DNA of 64,000 bases. Origin: Haliotis rufescens (lineage: Eukaryota). The stretch is taken from positions 27,590,001 through 27,654,000 of the forward strand of contig NW_025963813.1 in NCBI RefSeq assembly GCF_023055435.1. The letters run 5' to 3'. Below, one piece after another: positions 11,563-24,403 of the stretch. How positions within the stretch are numbered: the stretch's first letter is position 1; the number at the start of each line of letters is the position of its first letter. A program made the translations under genes and the position numbers. The notes beneath the pieces are model-generated. The model worked only from the letters and a program-made list of their open reading frames with translations, had not been told where the DNA came from and did not search any database.

Positions 11563-13083
11563 ATGGAGCTTGGAATATATGTCGTCTGCTTCATCTCCTG
11601 CGTCAGCGCCCGAATGAACGTCTTGTTCCTGTGCGCCGATGACCTGCGTCCAGAACTGCCCATGTATAATGGCTTCTACCGTCCATCTCAAGTCCATCCA
11701 CCAATCCACGTCCCGAATCTAGAAGGCCTCGCCAGTAAAAGCATGGTCTTCAAGAGGGCATATACCCAGCAGGCTCTATGCTCCCCGAGCCGTACCTCCC
11801 TGCTGACTGGGCGCCGTCCCGACACCACCCACGTGTATGACCTTCGCACCTACTTTAGAGACTCTGCCGGCAACTTCACGACCATTCCCCAGTTCTTCAA
11901 GAACCACGGCTACCACAGCATTGGAGCTGGTAAAATATTCCACCCGGGCGTGGGTTCAGGAGGAAATGATCCTGTATCGTGGTCTGAGACATATTATGAT
12001 GACTATCAACCATATGATTACAGGACAAGTTGGGAAGCAGTACCGGATAATCTTTTGGACAGCCACAATGCCCTGCAGGACACGATGCTAGCCGACCACG
12101 CAGTGCAAGTCATTAAGGACATCGCCCAAAAGGCAAAGAATGGCGAGAATTTCTTCCTGGCAGTTGGGTTCCACAGGCCCCATTTGCCTTTCCAATTTCC
12201 AGCTCGCTTTCTGGATTATTACCCAGAAGACTCCATCGATCTTCCACCCAACCCACAAGCTCCTGACGGCATGCCTGAAATTGCCTGGTATTCATATAAT
12301 GAACTTAGGAGCTACGCTGACATAGCCCGACTGAATGCATCCGGCAACCCAAACACGACCTTGCCTGACCAGGTGGTTAAACAACTACGCAGAGCTTACT
12401 ACAGCGCTGTTAGCTTCATGGACTTTGAACTCGGGAGGGTTCTAGATGAACTGGAGAATCAGGGTCTAGCTGACAACACGATAGTGTCATTTTTCGGCGA
12501 TCATGGCTGGCAGTTGGGAGAACATGGGGAATGGGGCAAACAGACCAATTTTGACATTGCCACCCACTCGCCTCTTATGATCCGCGTCCCAGGGATGACG
12601 GACCATGGGATGAGCACAACAAAGCTGACAGAGTTTGTAGACCTGTTCCCAACTCTAGTAGAAGCAGCAGGTCTTCCCACACTGCCTACGTGTCAAGTAG
12701 ACTCGTCCTCAACTCACGCCTGCACAGAAGGAAGGAGTCTAGTTCCTCTGCTGCAGCACCCAAATCTGCCCTCGTGGAAGACCGCAGCCTTCTCGCAGTA
12801 CCCACGAGTGTATAACAACACGTCAGCCATGGGCTACGCGATCACCACGTGGAGGTATCGCTACACTGAATGGGTGACGTTCCTCAGCATGCCCCACTAC
12901 ATGCCTCAGTGGGACCAGCTTCATGGAGTGGAGCTGTACGACCATCTGGCTGATCCTGAGGAGAATCACAACCTCGCGCTCAATGCTGCCCAACAAGGAC
13001 TTCGCAGCCGGTTGAGTGGGCAACTACATGCTGGATGGAGAGCCGAGATGACGGATGGTCATGGCAGACCCATCGTAGGTTGA
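11563..13083 (+). CDS. IDS: Iduronate-2-sulfatase-like sulfatase, intronless, secreted (copy 2, 506 aa)
   Basis: Same motifs as copy 1 (DD, CSPSR, GKIFH, FHRPH, GDHG, WGK); about 26 amino-acid differences counted by eye. Confidence 0.93.
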   Translation: MELGIYVVCFISCVSARMNVLFLCADDLRPELPMYNGFYRPSQVHPPIHVPNLEGLASKSMVFKRAYTQQALCSPSRTSLLTGRRPDTTHVYDLRTYFRDSAGNFTTIPQFFKNHGYHSIGAGKIFHPGVGSGGNDPVSWSETYYDDYQPYDYRTSWEAVPDNLLDSHNALQDTMLADHAVQVIKDIAQKAKNGENFFLAVGFHRPHLPFQFPARFLDYYPEDSIDLPPNPQAPDGMPEIAWYSYNELRSYADIARLNASGNPNTTLPDQVVKQLRRAYYSAVSFMDFELGRVLDELENQGLADNTIVSFFGDHGWQLGEHGEWGKQTNFDIATHSPLMIRVPGMTDHGMSTTKLTEFVDLFPTLVEAAGLPTLPTCQVDSSSTHACTEGRSLVPLLQHPNLPSWKTAAFSQYPRVYNNTSAMGYAITTWRYRYTEWVTFLSMPHYMPQWDQLHGVELYDHLADPEENHNLALNAAQQGLRSRLSGQLHAGWRAEMTDGHGRPIVG

Positions 13084-13815
13084 ACGGTATTGTATTAAAT
13101 CTGTTCATTTGAGAAATCCCTTATTTTTGTGTTATTATTATTTCATCACTGACATTGAAAATGTAATTTCGAGCATGGTTATTACAAAACTATCTGAATC
13201 TACAATCTCGAATCAGCGTGTGTGTGCTTGTGTGTGCTTGTGTGTGCTTGTGTGTGCTTGTCTACGTGGGATATCCATGTTAAACTGTGGCATGGTGTCT
13301 CATGATCAGTTGGCAAGCGCTATAAAACCTGCATAAGTCCGGACTGATTCAAGTAGCAACAGACACGTACATGCACGTCCCTATGTTAGTGTAACACTAT
13401 TGAATACGACGTTTAACACCTCACCTCATTTATTACTGCCAGCATCATACCTGTGCTCGTGGATTTCACTCAAGGTATGGGGCGGACGGGTAGCCTAGTG
13501 ATTAAAGCATTCGCTTGTCACGCCGCGGACCCGGGTTCGATTCCTGACAAAGGTACAATGTGTCAACCCCATTTCTGGTGTACCCCGCCGTGGTACTGCT
13601 GGAGTATTGCTAAAAGCGCGGAAAACCCAACTGACTCACTCACTCAATCAATCAAGTGTTTCACGACAAAGACCTGCATCACTTCGGGTCTCCCATATCA
13701 AAATGTCACACCATGATATAACTTAACTACTGTTCAAAGCGCCATTAATCCAAACTTACTCACTCACGCATGTCTTTCTACTACTAATATAGAAAAACTG
13801 TGAAACCAGTTTCAG

Positions 13816-14445
13816 TTATTTATTACTCGAACGTTTCCCAATAATAGACGGTACATGTTGAGTGGTCAATTCATGCCTCCATCCTGCGTGAAGACGATGG
13901 CTGAGCTTGACCACCAGGTCTTTGTGGGCAGGGTCATGAACCAAGTTGATGTTCTCTTGTGGATCCTGATAATGGTCGTACAGCTCCGCACCAGAAGACA
14001 CTGACCACTTGGGTTTGTAATGAGTAGCATCAAGTCCAACTCACTCGGTGTAGCGATAAAGACTGGTCGTCATCGAGTAACCCATCAGCTTGTGGCGACC
14101 ACCGGAGTGTCTTGGATATTGGAAAAAAGGCAGCCTTCTTCCAATTATCAGTTTTGGGCTGCTTGATCAAAGGGAGGAAGCTCTGTCCTTCTGTGCACAC
14201 GTCCACCTTGGAGGAATCTTCAGGACAGACGTGAAGAGACGGCAGACCAGCTGCCTCAACCAGTGTAGGGAACAGGTCCACAAACTCCACAAGCTCTTCT
14301 GTCGGTATTCCTTGGTCGGTGAGTCCGGGAATATGTATCATCATAGGGGCATGGGTAGCTATGTCGAAGTTGGTGTGTTTGGTCCACAACCCGTGTTCAC
14401 CTAACTGCCATCCATGGTCCCCAAAGAAGGATATGATTGTGTCAC
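13816..14445 (-). pseudogene. 3' ~40% of a divergent IDS-like paralogue, frameshifted
   Basis: TIISFFGDHGWQLGEHGLWTKHTNFDIATHAP...WKKAAF, frameshift in the A-run at ~14123-14128, then ELYDHYQDPQENINL...IIGKRSSNK*. Confidence 0.88.
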
Positions 14446-15825
14446 ATCTGCCACAAGAAATAATACATTTTTCCTTTTGCAATGGACGTGTGCACTTACT
14501 AGACTCAGCACAACCGTCAAGCGGTGCCACAACATGGCTGCCTTTTTTGGTGAATATTTTTCACTATCACAGACGTGGTGGACTGGGAAGGAGATAAGAC
14601 ATACATCTGTACTATGTCACCATGTCAACCTAGTTTCTTGCAGCCTTGGAACCATTATCTATAGTATATATAGATCATGTATATTTTGTACAATATGTAT
14701 GATAGATATGAAATATAATGCAACACTATTTTATATGAGCGAATACTCGGGAAGAGATTTACACTGCTTTAAGCAATAATCCTGTCACATCAAGGCGTGG
14801 GGCACCAAGAATGAGCTTGACGCATTATCCAAAGTCTTTTGCATGACGAGGAATCCCTTTTTACAAGGCAACCAACGTCTTGTATTATATATGAAGGCGT
14901 TGATAAAAGCGTATGTTATAATTTATGAAACTAATGCGTGTATATGACAGATTTTGGCAACATGCAAGCAAGTGAGATAACCAAGAATTAGGTTCACTCA
15001 TTGTACTAATGTGGAGATTCGAACTCGGATCTTGAGCATGACGAGCTAACGATTTAAGCCATAGTAAAAACAGAAATAATTTAAGATCGCTGCAATCTCA
15101 TTAAAATCAGATCTTTGTTCACGCTATCGCTAAACAAAGATCTGAGGACATCCCATCACGGGTCACGTCAGGACGATCTTTCATCCGACAAATCAAAGCG
15201 TTGCTGATCAGATGAAAGTGACGTTTGGAAAGCGTTTTCTTATCATGCAACCTCGGAAACGTGAACACCGGGGATTCCGAAGGACAGTTACGGTCCGTAC
15301 GACTGATTTCTTCAAACATTTGAATAGAGGAGGCGTTGCACAGTACCTGGGATTCACTGCCCTACAATCTCAACCATATACTTGACATCTCGGAATGTTC
15401 GTTTGTTCAGTTTTCCAAATTTTAATTGAAAACTGTGTCAACATATTTTTCAAGCGAAGTGTGAAATGCAAGTCGCCAGGTTGAAGCGAGTGCCGTAAAG
15501 CTCGAGAAACCTGCTTTCTAATTGGCTGATGTTGACTTCTTGTTTGTCATTTCAGTGGTTGGTCAAAGTTCGCGAAAGGTCATTCCGACGTGACCCGTAA
15601 TGGGATGACCTCAGGGGCGGTATTCACAAAGCTTCTTAGAATTTTCTTAAGCCTTAAGAATTCTTAAATCCACAAAGAATTCTTAGTTTCCCTAACAACC
15701 AACTTAAGTTTTAAGAAATTCCTTAAGTCATATTCACAGACCTTATCAGTGCTTAGTTCTTTGCTTAAGTTTAAGATACTTCATGAGCTTACTTAGTCCT
15801 TAAGAATTTTCTTAAGACATCTAAT

Positions 15826-17474
15826 ATGGCTGCCATAGGTATTGTACAAACCACCGCTAGACGAGATGTACTGCAAATATATTCTGACAAAGAACTAATC
15901 AGAAGATACAGGTTAAACAAAAGTGGTATTGAATATGTGACTGGGTTAATTGCTGATAAAATATGTCCTAGCACCTCTCGTTCTCATGCCATGACAGGAA
16001 CTGAAAAGGTTGTAGCAACGCTACGTTATTTCGCTACAGGCAAAATGCAATTATGCAACGGGGATGACTTGGGTCTTTCCCAATCGTCGGTCAGTCGGGC
16101 GATAGAGCAGACAGTGTCAGTTTTGTCCGACGCCGAGATGGCATCCCAGTTCATTCATTTTCCGACAACACAGGGTTGCATTCGTCGGAATCAAGCGGCA
16201 TTTTACAACATCGCTCACTTCCCTGGCGTTGTTGGAGTGATTGATGGATCGCATGTGCAGATTATTGCTCCATCTGTCGACGAACCCTCATATGTAAATC
16301 GTAAACAGTACCACAGTATAAACACACAGATTGTTTTCGATCCAAACAATATGATAATTGACCTTGTTGCGAAGTGGCCAGGCTCGACACACGACTCGAG
16401 AATACTCACCGAAAGCGGGCTTCATATTTTATTTGAACGACACATCGACACATCGTGCCAACCGGATGTCACCTACTTGGAGATAGTGGCTACCCCTGCA
16501 GAAACTGGCTGCTTACGCCGTACCTGAGACCAAATCCTGGCTCACAGACATCCTACAATCGGTAATATTCTCCTACATTCGTGAACACGCAATCGTAATG
16601 AGAGTTATCCCCCTTCAAAATTACAAAAGTGAGAATTGGTTGTTGTGAAAAGTTTAAGTGTTCAAATGTGAAAAGATATTTGGTTGTGCATATATATATC
16701 GAAAGTGAACATTAAGAAATTACCCATATAAAAATATGAAATATATTTAATGACAGATAAGCAAGAAAAACATTTATGTTTAAAAAAACATAAAAAATAT
16801 TCTAAAAATATATAGGTCAATGTGAATCACTTTTTACAAAGTATAAAAAAGCCTAAATATTTTAGTCATTACATCAAGTGACTAAAACATCTGTCCATTC
16901 ACTTAACAGACTGGATAATCGTTATTGGAGTTCAAAAGGGCTTAGACACTTCACAATAATTATTGACTACTCATGTTCAATCACTGAGTGATGAAATAGA
17001 GCATAATAATGTTTGGATTTCATTATTATTATAAATAAAATGGACAGATTCATACTCAATTTGTAAGATAACTGAAACAAATTTGTGGAAATTCATTATG
17101 GAACACACTGACTGTAATACACACATATCTGTAAATTGTTGTGTGTGTGTGTGTGTATTAGACGGGTTCTGAACTTGTTTTCCAGAGCACATAAAAGGAC
17201 CCGGAGTGTTGTGGAAAGAGGTATAGGCCAGCTCAAGAGACGGTTCCATGTCTTACATGGAGAGATTCGCCTTTCTCCAATTAAGGCATGTAAAATCATA
17301 ACATGTTGTGGAATTCTGCATAACATCTGCAAGATAAGGAATATCCCATTACCTGACAGTGAGTCCAATGATCCGGATGAAGACATGACAGCCCCCTACA
17401 GAGAGAGAGATATTCCTGGCCACAACTTGACCTTCAGGAATCACTTTGCAAACACTCACTTTCAGTGTGAGTGA
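15826..17474 (+). pseudogene. Harbinger (HARBI1-like) DDE transposase, 2 exons (15826-16561, 17186-17474), one frameshift
   Basis: GVIDGSHV, NRKQYHSINTQ, WPGSTHDSRI, LLGDSGY (shifted frame), RSVVERGIGQLKRRF; GT..AG intron 16562-17185; 8-bp duplication at 16438-16453. Confidence 0.9.
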
Positions 17475-18738
17475 TAATTCTTCTTTTAATTGAGTAAAAC
17501 CACTATTTAATGAATTATATTCAACAACAAAAAATTTCAGTAAAAAAACAGTTTATTTTAACAAATAAGAGTACAGAAAAAGAATCAGTTGATAAGGTTT
17601 ACCTTTTTCAAAAATAATTCACAAACAATTTATTACAACTGGTTAATGAATTTAATATTGTTACTATAATTGTTAAATATTATATATAATTTGTGAATCT
17701 CAAGGATTCTTTAAAAAATGCTCAAGGGTTCAATTGCAATGCATTTTCCCAGTTTACTTACCTGGTATATGAAAATACATTTATCTTCTTGTAAGAAACA
17801 TCTTATGACAGACAGATTTTATTGTAGTAAATTCAAAAGAACGATAGTACATAAAGTCTTCAATACATAATCATTGTTGAAAGTTAAACACGTTTAAATT
17901 CTTCCTGCATTTCTTATACATATTTCAGAAATTTAGCAAATACATGTTGTAATACATATCACAATTTCTTGGAGTAACTGGCCCTGTTTGTCATATCAAA
18001 TGCAGTGACACAGAATAAGATATTCATCCTCACTGGCCACTGGCCATAGATAACAATACTGTTTAGCACTGATAAACATACCTGTCATGTGATAGTCTCA
18101 ACAGACGGAGCAAGTACTTTCTACAATTAGTGACAGGCACCCCATAATGGACATCTTCCAGTTTCGCGATAAGTAACACAATATGATGACTAGTACCCTA
18201 TTCCTAAAATAGATTAACAAAATCTTTTGTGGATCATTTTGACATTATCCTGAACTGTTTGCCTCCTTGTTGTGGGAACAATATTCTTATAAAAATATGA
18301 AAGGCATTCAACACAGATACACAATACTGTTCAATGAAATACTTAACTGGAAAAAGTGTGTTACAAGCTTAGTCAGCTAAGGTCTTACATTTTATTGATT
18401 TTATCCATATCATTGGCACCCAAATACGAAGATTTTGAACCCTGAAATGCAATGTTGCTGTAAGCAGAAGTAAAACATGAGAATATGGTTGAATCAAAAC
18501 ACATTCAAATTATGACATGTTATCAATGTATCTATTGATAGAAATGACATTTCACACACTGTAACCTCACACATTAACCAATATTATATTATTGAAGATA
18601 AATTTAAACTGAAAAGGAGCATGGTTCTGTCAAAATAGGTTTCAAATCTTTCTCTTCAAAGAATACATTACATTTTGAAAACATGGTAAACTCTCTGGCC
18701 TTAAAAAGTGATATGCATACATGGTATAGATATAAATT

Positions 18739-20520
18739 TTATTCATTCTGCAGTTTTTGAAGTTGAATTTCCATAATTTTCTTCTTAAGACTTAAACAAT
18801 CAGTTTCAAGTTTAAGTTTCTTGTAGAGTAGCTCATCATAGCTTTCCCCCAACAGGAAAGTTTGTCGCGAGGACTTTGGCTCCTGGACTGTGCTCCATCC
18901 TGCTGGTCTCTTCATGGATCCCTGTGCTGAGGAGGCGGTGTCTGGCACTGATGGTTCCGGCTGTAAAGGCACAGACACTGTTGATGCAGTAGGGACAGCT
19001 CCTCCCATGGCCTGGAGTGTCTGCAAGTCAAGTGCTGCCATGTCACTGTATTCACTGTATATAAATGGACAGAAAATGTTTTAGTCATTGTTGTTTTTGA
19101 GTATCTATGTATCTGAATAGGGATACAAATATGAGGTAATAATCAGTTTCAAACACATGGAGTATCAATAATTTTTAGTGATCCCTTCAAATACTTTTCA
19201 CAACAATCTTGCACTTTGCAGGATTTGTTTAGGAAGATAATCAAGATTGGTTATTCTCTGTTATTGATGTGTTATATAATTTAATATGGATGCTTTTATA
19301 GTAATGTGTATGACCACTTATACACAGGAGGTACTTTGCTAACATAATAGTTTTTCATAGCAAATCATTTAAGTAGAGTTATGCTATATGAATGATTATA
19401 CTCACTACAAGGGCAAGGGAATACATCAGTAGAATTACCTTGCATTAACTGTGTCAGAAAGGCTGACCACCTGTAGGAGGGATGTGTCCATGGCTGATGG
19501 GATTCCAGATATGGATACATTATCCTGCCCCAGAATATCCCACACTACCTCGGATGTGGCACTCAAAGTAGGGCATGGTGATGGACCACCACCTGTCGAA
19601 GTGAAAATTATTTTTACTTACATCAGAAAAATTGAGAATCAATGTGTTAAATAATACTAAAGTAACAATTGAAGACAGCCTAAGAATTGTATATACATAT
19701 GTAAATTCAAACTTTTAAGAATTGATTATACACTGTATGGGACACCAAAATGTACTTAAAGACACCAAATACAAATATTTTTACTTGAAAGCTAGAATAA
19801 ACAATAATTGTAACACATTAAGATTAAATGTATCTCAGATCTGGTGATTTATGCACTGTAAAACTACTATTACAGTTCAGTGTTGCAAAATGTGAACTAC
19901 AATAATTACCTGTGCTGATAACACCTTGCTTGTACCTTGCAATTTCTCCCCTGGCTTTACTTTGGATGTTATGCCATTTCTTTTCCACCTCCTCGGGGGC
20001 TCTGATGCATCCTATGATTTACATAAAAATATTCAATTCTCAACTGTGTAATGTAAATTTCAGAAATAAACGAATAGGTACTGGATGTGACACTGTAATA
20101 TAACTGATAACCTGTACAATAACATTTATTTTTTTCTTTCCCTGAAAATAAATTTTATGTTAAATAAAATATAGATCTTATACAATACAATCTAGTTCTA
20201 TCCAAAAAAATCCTTCCGATTTTATGTGCGTTGCTGCTGTGAAAATTTGCAAAATACTAAAATCTTGAATAACAATAGAATTTTGAACATTATTTGAATC
20301 TTAATATATTTCAATACCAAAAACTATCTTTATGGTCTGCCGTACCTGGAAAGGCTGCGTTGATCGTGTGGGTCAACTCCACCCACTTTTCCTTTTTCTT
20401 TTGAGCTGTCACGCCTGCCCCGAACTTTCCTAATAAAACCGCTTTGTTTTCGTCAACAAGTTTCGTCAGGAGCAGGTTTTGGTCCTCAGACCAGTTGGGT
20501 TTTCGCTTTTTGTCAGTCAT
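18739..20520 (-). CDS. Harbinger Myb/SANT-like DNA-binding protein, probably 4 exons (~20520-20346, ~20010-19910, ~19592-19439, ~19055-18739)
   Basis: RKPNWSEDQNLLL...KKKEKWVELTHTINA / RAPEEVEKKWHNIQSKAR..TG / GGPSP.. / C-terminal coiled coil; GT-AG boundaries plausible; convergent with the transposase. Confidence 0.82.
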
Positions 20521-22179
20521 GTTCGCTGGCTGCCGTCGATATTCCCGCCGATCGAAAATAGGTCGACTGCCAAAACTTTTTACTTTCGCGTTTTCAACAC
20601 TGAAGAGTCGTGTTTTGTTGCTATTTATAGATAAGGGAATGTCCAAAACGTCACTCGAAAGGTGTTAAGAATATTCTTAGTCAAAACTTTACATCCCAAG
20701 ATGCAACGGGGTAGACTAAGAAAACTCTTAGATATTATACTAATACTTTGCTAAGAATCATGCTTAGACTGTTTGTGAATTGATACTTAAGATTTTTTCT
20801 TAGCTAAGAATTTTTTAGAAAACTTAAGTCAATTTCTAAGAAAATTCTAAGAAGCTTTGTGAATACCGCCCCAGATCTTTGTTAAGTGGCAGCGAGAACT
20901 TAGATCTGAATTTCATGAGATTTAGATTGCTGTAATAATTTCTGATCGTTTTATATATCAGTTGTATGGCATAATGAGTCAGCAACTACTAGAGTCAGCA
21001 CGACGGTCAAGCGGCACGACAACATGGCGGCGTATCTTGGCCAATGGTTTGCAATATCACAGTCTCTGTGGTCTTGGAAAGTGATAAGATGTACAGTTAA
21101 ATACAGTATATACTGTCACGCGAGGCTGGTCTCGTTTCTTGCAGCGTTGGAACCATTATCTATAGGGTATCTGGATCAGGTATAGTTTTTAACAATAATG
21201 GTAGACATGTTATAAAGTGTGACTTTGTTGCGAATATCAACAAATTCAGAGAGAGAAAAGTTCCTAACATTCGTAGGAAGTAATGCCCAGGTGAGGAGTC
21301 CTGGTGAGGTGGGTGAGTCTCGGAACACACCAAGGTCAGGCCTTGAACACAACAAGGACCACAACCTGTTCTCAACTGTATAGTCACACATTTGCGTTTC
21401 TTCTTTAGATTATCTGTTGTGACATATATATATAACATATCGCAAACTGCTCTATGACCACTTTGCCTGAGCGTCCCGGGTTACTTCAGTTATATCACTG
21501 CACCCTGTCTAAGGGACGTAACTCGGCACATCGAATATAAATTACCATTTTGTCTATGCTTCTATTTTGCAATGTAAAAGTACTACATACGGAAAGAAAA
21601 GATGCTTATGAACAGTATTAAGGTGTTTGGAATTTCTAGGATATATTTAAATTATAATGTCAACACTTTAAGGCTTGTCACCTTATCTCTACCACAAAAG
21701 AACAGGTACATTCAAAATACCCTACACTTACCCTCTAACATTTCAACCTTGATGCACGGTGTTGTTTGCAATTAGGCATGCAAAGCTCCTGCATCCAAGG
21801 TCAAGTTCATGGCTTACTACAGCAGTCAGATATAGTGTTCTATTGCTGTAATCTATATTGCAAGTTTAGCAGTTCGAGTGAACATGGTTTGGGAGTGAGT
21901 AACTATACTGGTTTTCCGCCACTTTTAGCAATATTCCAGCAAGAGTCATGACCGTGGACACCAGAAAAGGGCTCCACACAGTGTACTGTAGGAAATCGAA
22001 CCAGGGTGTTTGGTATGACGAGCGTACGCTTTAACCACTAGGCTACCCACTTTTTGACTGTTAAAATACCCATGACCACACAGCGAAACCAATTGTCCTC
22101 TTCAGTTACAAATTCAAAAGTTCAGAATACACCTTTTAGCTAAACAGTCGCATATCTATGGTAGGACAAGCGAAATTCC

Positions 22180-22690
22180 ATGTAGGGCAGGATTTGCTCA
22201 CCCTTGAGGCGAACATTTTGGTATCATTACTTTTCAGTGATCCCTTCATGTAGTTTCCTCTGCTATTCGGCTTTTCCAACCAATTAAATCTGTTTCGATA
22301 ATCCAGATAATCTGCCGTATATTTCTTGAAAACCGTAAATACATTTCACAGACTATCAAAATGGACAGTGTGTTAGGACCAAGCCCTACACCATGTGGTC
22401 TATTTTGCCCGATAAGAAAGGTTTCCATGCCATGATGTAACGATAAGCAGACAGGTGTATGTTCCCAAACGTTTGTAAAACATAATTTTTTCAACAATTC
22501 TTTAGTTGATATTACTGGCATCAACGCTCATTCAGGAATGAGTTGCCTTTGGTGTCAGGTTTTCATCCTCCGATGTATTCACCCAACCTTGACGTCCTGG
22601 CTCGGTGGGGTCTTCTGTTAAAGCTGGACTTCTTATTGAGCCATAAGATGTATTTTATGTTTTTTCCAACATGAACATAACAGACATACC
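22180..22690 (+). repeat. Diverged duplicate of the region upstream of sulfatase copy 3 (25350-25915), containing a sulfatase 5' relic
   Basis: Shared blocks such as ATCAAAATGGACAG.GTGTTAGGACCA and GAAAGGTTTCCATGCCATGA; 22564-22623 resembles coding 26240-26299 (HPPIHSPNLDALA). Confidence 0.7.
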
Positions 22691-22719
22691 ATGTTTACTC
22701 TGGCCAGTCTCATGCTCCC

Positions 22720-23470
22720 AATAAGTGTCTGGATGGTTGCCAAGAGAATATTTTTCTATTCTTCAATAACAGCATTACCGAATTCCTGTAGAGTTGTCGG
22801 ATGGTTGGCGATCTGCAGCTCGTCCCTCATGTGTTTGATGGGGTTGAGGTCTGGTGACCAGGATGGCCAAGCCATGGGGACAATAATCTCCTTCCAAGAA
22901 GGCATCAAGGCACGATGTGGGCATGGATTATCATCCATGAGAATGAAGTCCGGGCCGATTGCACCAGCAGCCGTCTCAAGTACCTGTCATCGTACCCTGC
23001 TGTAGGACAAGGAGATCGGTTCTTCCAGTTCTACTGATCCTACCCCAAATCATGATTGAGCCTCCTCAACAGCGGTCATGTTCGGCTACGTTGGAATCCT
23101 GAGATATTTTGTCTAAGCCACACTCGCGCACGATTATCTGTGAAGTCGAGAGAGTATCTCGATTCCTCAGTGAAAAGTACTGCAGCGTAGTCCTGGTCTA
23201 TTCAATTGTTTTTATCTTCAGCCCAATTCAAACGTGCCTGCCTGTGATGTGGATTTTTGCGAAGCGAATGCATGCTCTCCATTACCGGAGACCAGCCTCG
23301 AGGAGACGCTCACACACGATTATGCCACTGGCATTCCTCAAGTCATTTCTGAGTGTTGTGACAGGTCACGAAGTGATGACGTTTTTCTGCAATCAGGAGA
23401 AAACTGTCTTCCCGTTGTGTTGTTGAATGCTGCCGACGACCTGTATGTTGCTAGATAGCTGATCCAAACA
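22720..23470 (-). mobile_element. Tc1/mariner transposase relic
   Basis: FTEESR, GGSIMIWG, MDDNPCPHRA, WPSWSPDLNPIKH motifs on the minus strand. Confidence 0.82.
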
Positions 23471-24403
23471 TCTGGTTTCGATTCCATGCGCTGATCACAC
23501 TTTGGCTGACACCAAAGACGTTTGAGGTCCTATTTGGGTTACCAAATCATTGTGGACCCGGATATTTCAATCTTGGATTAATATATATGTTGGATACTAT
23601 AATAATTGTTGGAATTTATTTTAATATCATTCGTCAATGTGTAGTATATATATATACCCTTGATATTTGGACACATACTTATCTAATGCATGTATTTCAA
23701 AATTTTAAAATGTATCAACCATGTTTCTTTGCCCAAGAACATTCGCATAATTAAATTCCCTTGTAAAGTTAGAAGGAAGTCGGTAATTTCAGTACCTATT
23801 ACAACTGAAAGAAATGCATGTGATACAATATTTATTGGGGTCTCAACTTTGAATTTATGCTTCGAAATGTCTGAAATTCGGTCATAGCATTCATGACAAT
23901 GTGCATACGACTTGTGCATAGGACAATAAATGATGATCATATGTTTTAAAGGTGTAGTTTAGGATGAATTTCACGCCCCAAGTAAGTTCTTATCAGAAGC
24001 ATACATAAATGTTATCGCATGCTTTTTCAATTGTATTTGCGGTTATTTCAATTGTGTTCAAGGCTTTTGGTCCTGTGTCAGGCATACCATCTGTATAGCA
24101 CATCGACCATGTGCTCATTAACCACACTATTTTTTTTAAGAGCACTTATAGCAAAGCGTATCGGAAAATAAGCTTGAAGAGGGTTAATTATCTAACTTTC
24201 GACCAGTCAGAAGATTCGTACATTTCAAGTTGAAAGAAATAAAATAATATCTGCATTTTTACCAAACGGTGCACTGTCAAGGTGTCTTCATAGAGTTTGG
24301 AGTCAGAAAATATACTGAAAGAAACCCATTAGAACGATGCTTACATTTCGTTGCCATGGTATCAAACACCAATGTGGTTTGAGTTTTGCGTCTTTTCTTA
24401 ATA

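Larger units (their letters stand above)
15615..20871. mobile_element. PIF/Harbinger DNA transposon with both ends (5257 bp)
   Basis: 35-bp TIR GGGCGGTATTCACAAAGCTTCTTAGAATTTTCTTA; CAG TSD (15612-14, 20872-74); empty site ACCTCAGATCTT visible in unit A (~8739-8750); subterminal CTTA(A)G repeats; transposase and Myb genes. Confidence 0.95.
9953..22097. repeat. Tandem segmental duplication, unit B (carries the Harbinger insertion)
   Basis: Colinear with 4868-9952; 20875-22097 matches 8748-9952 closely. Confidence 0.9.

Noticed and set aside
14440-14470. Splice acceptor making 13816-14445 a real terminal exon, possibly joined to the 49600-49910 relic
   Set aside because: A pyrimidine-rich ...GGCAG precedes the fragment, but the fragment is frameshifted, its paralogues are intronless, and the 5' relic is far more decayed. 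Not supportable without transcripts.
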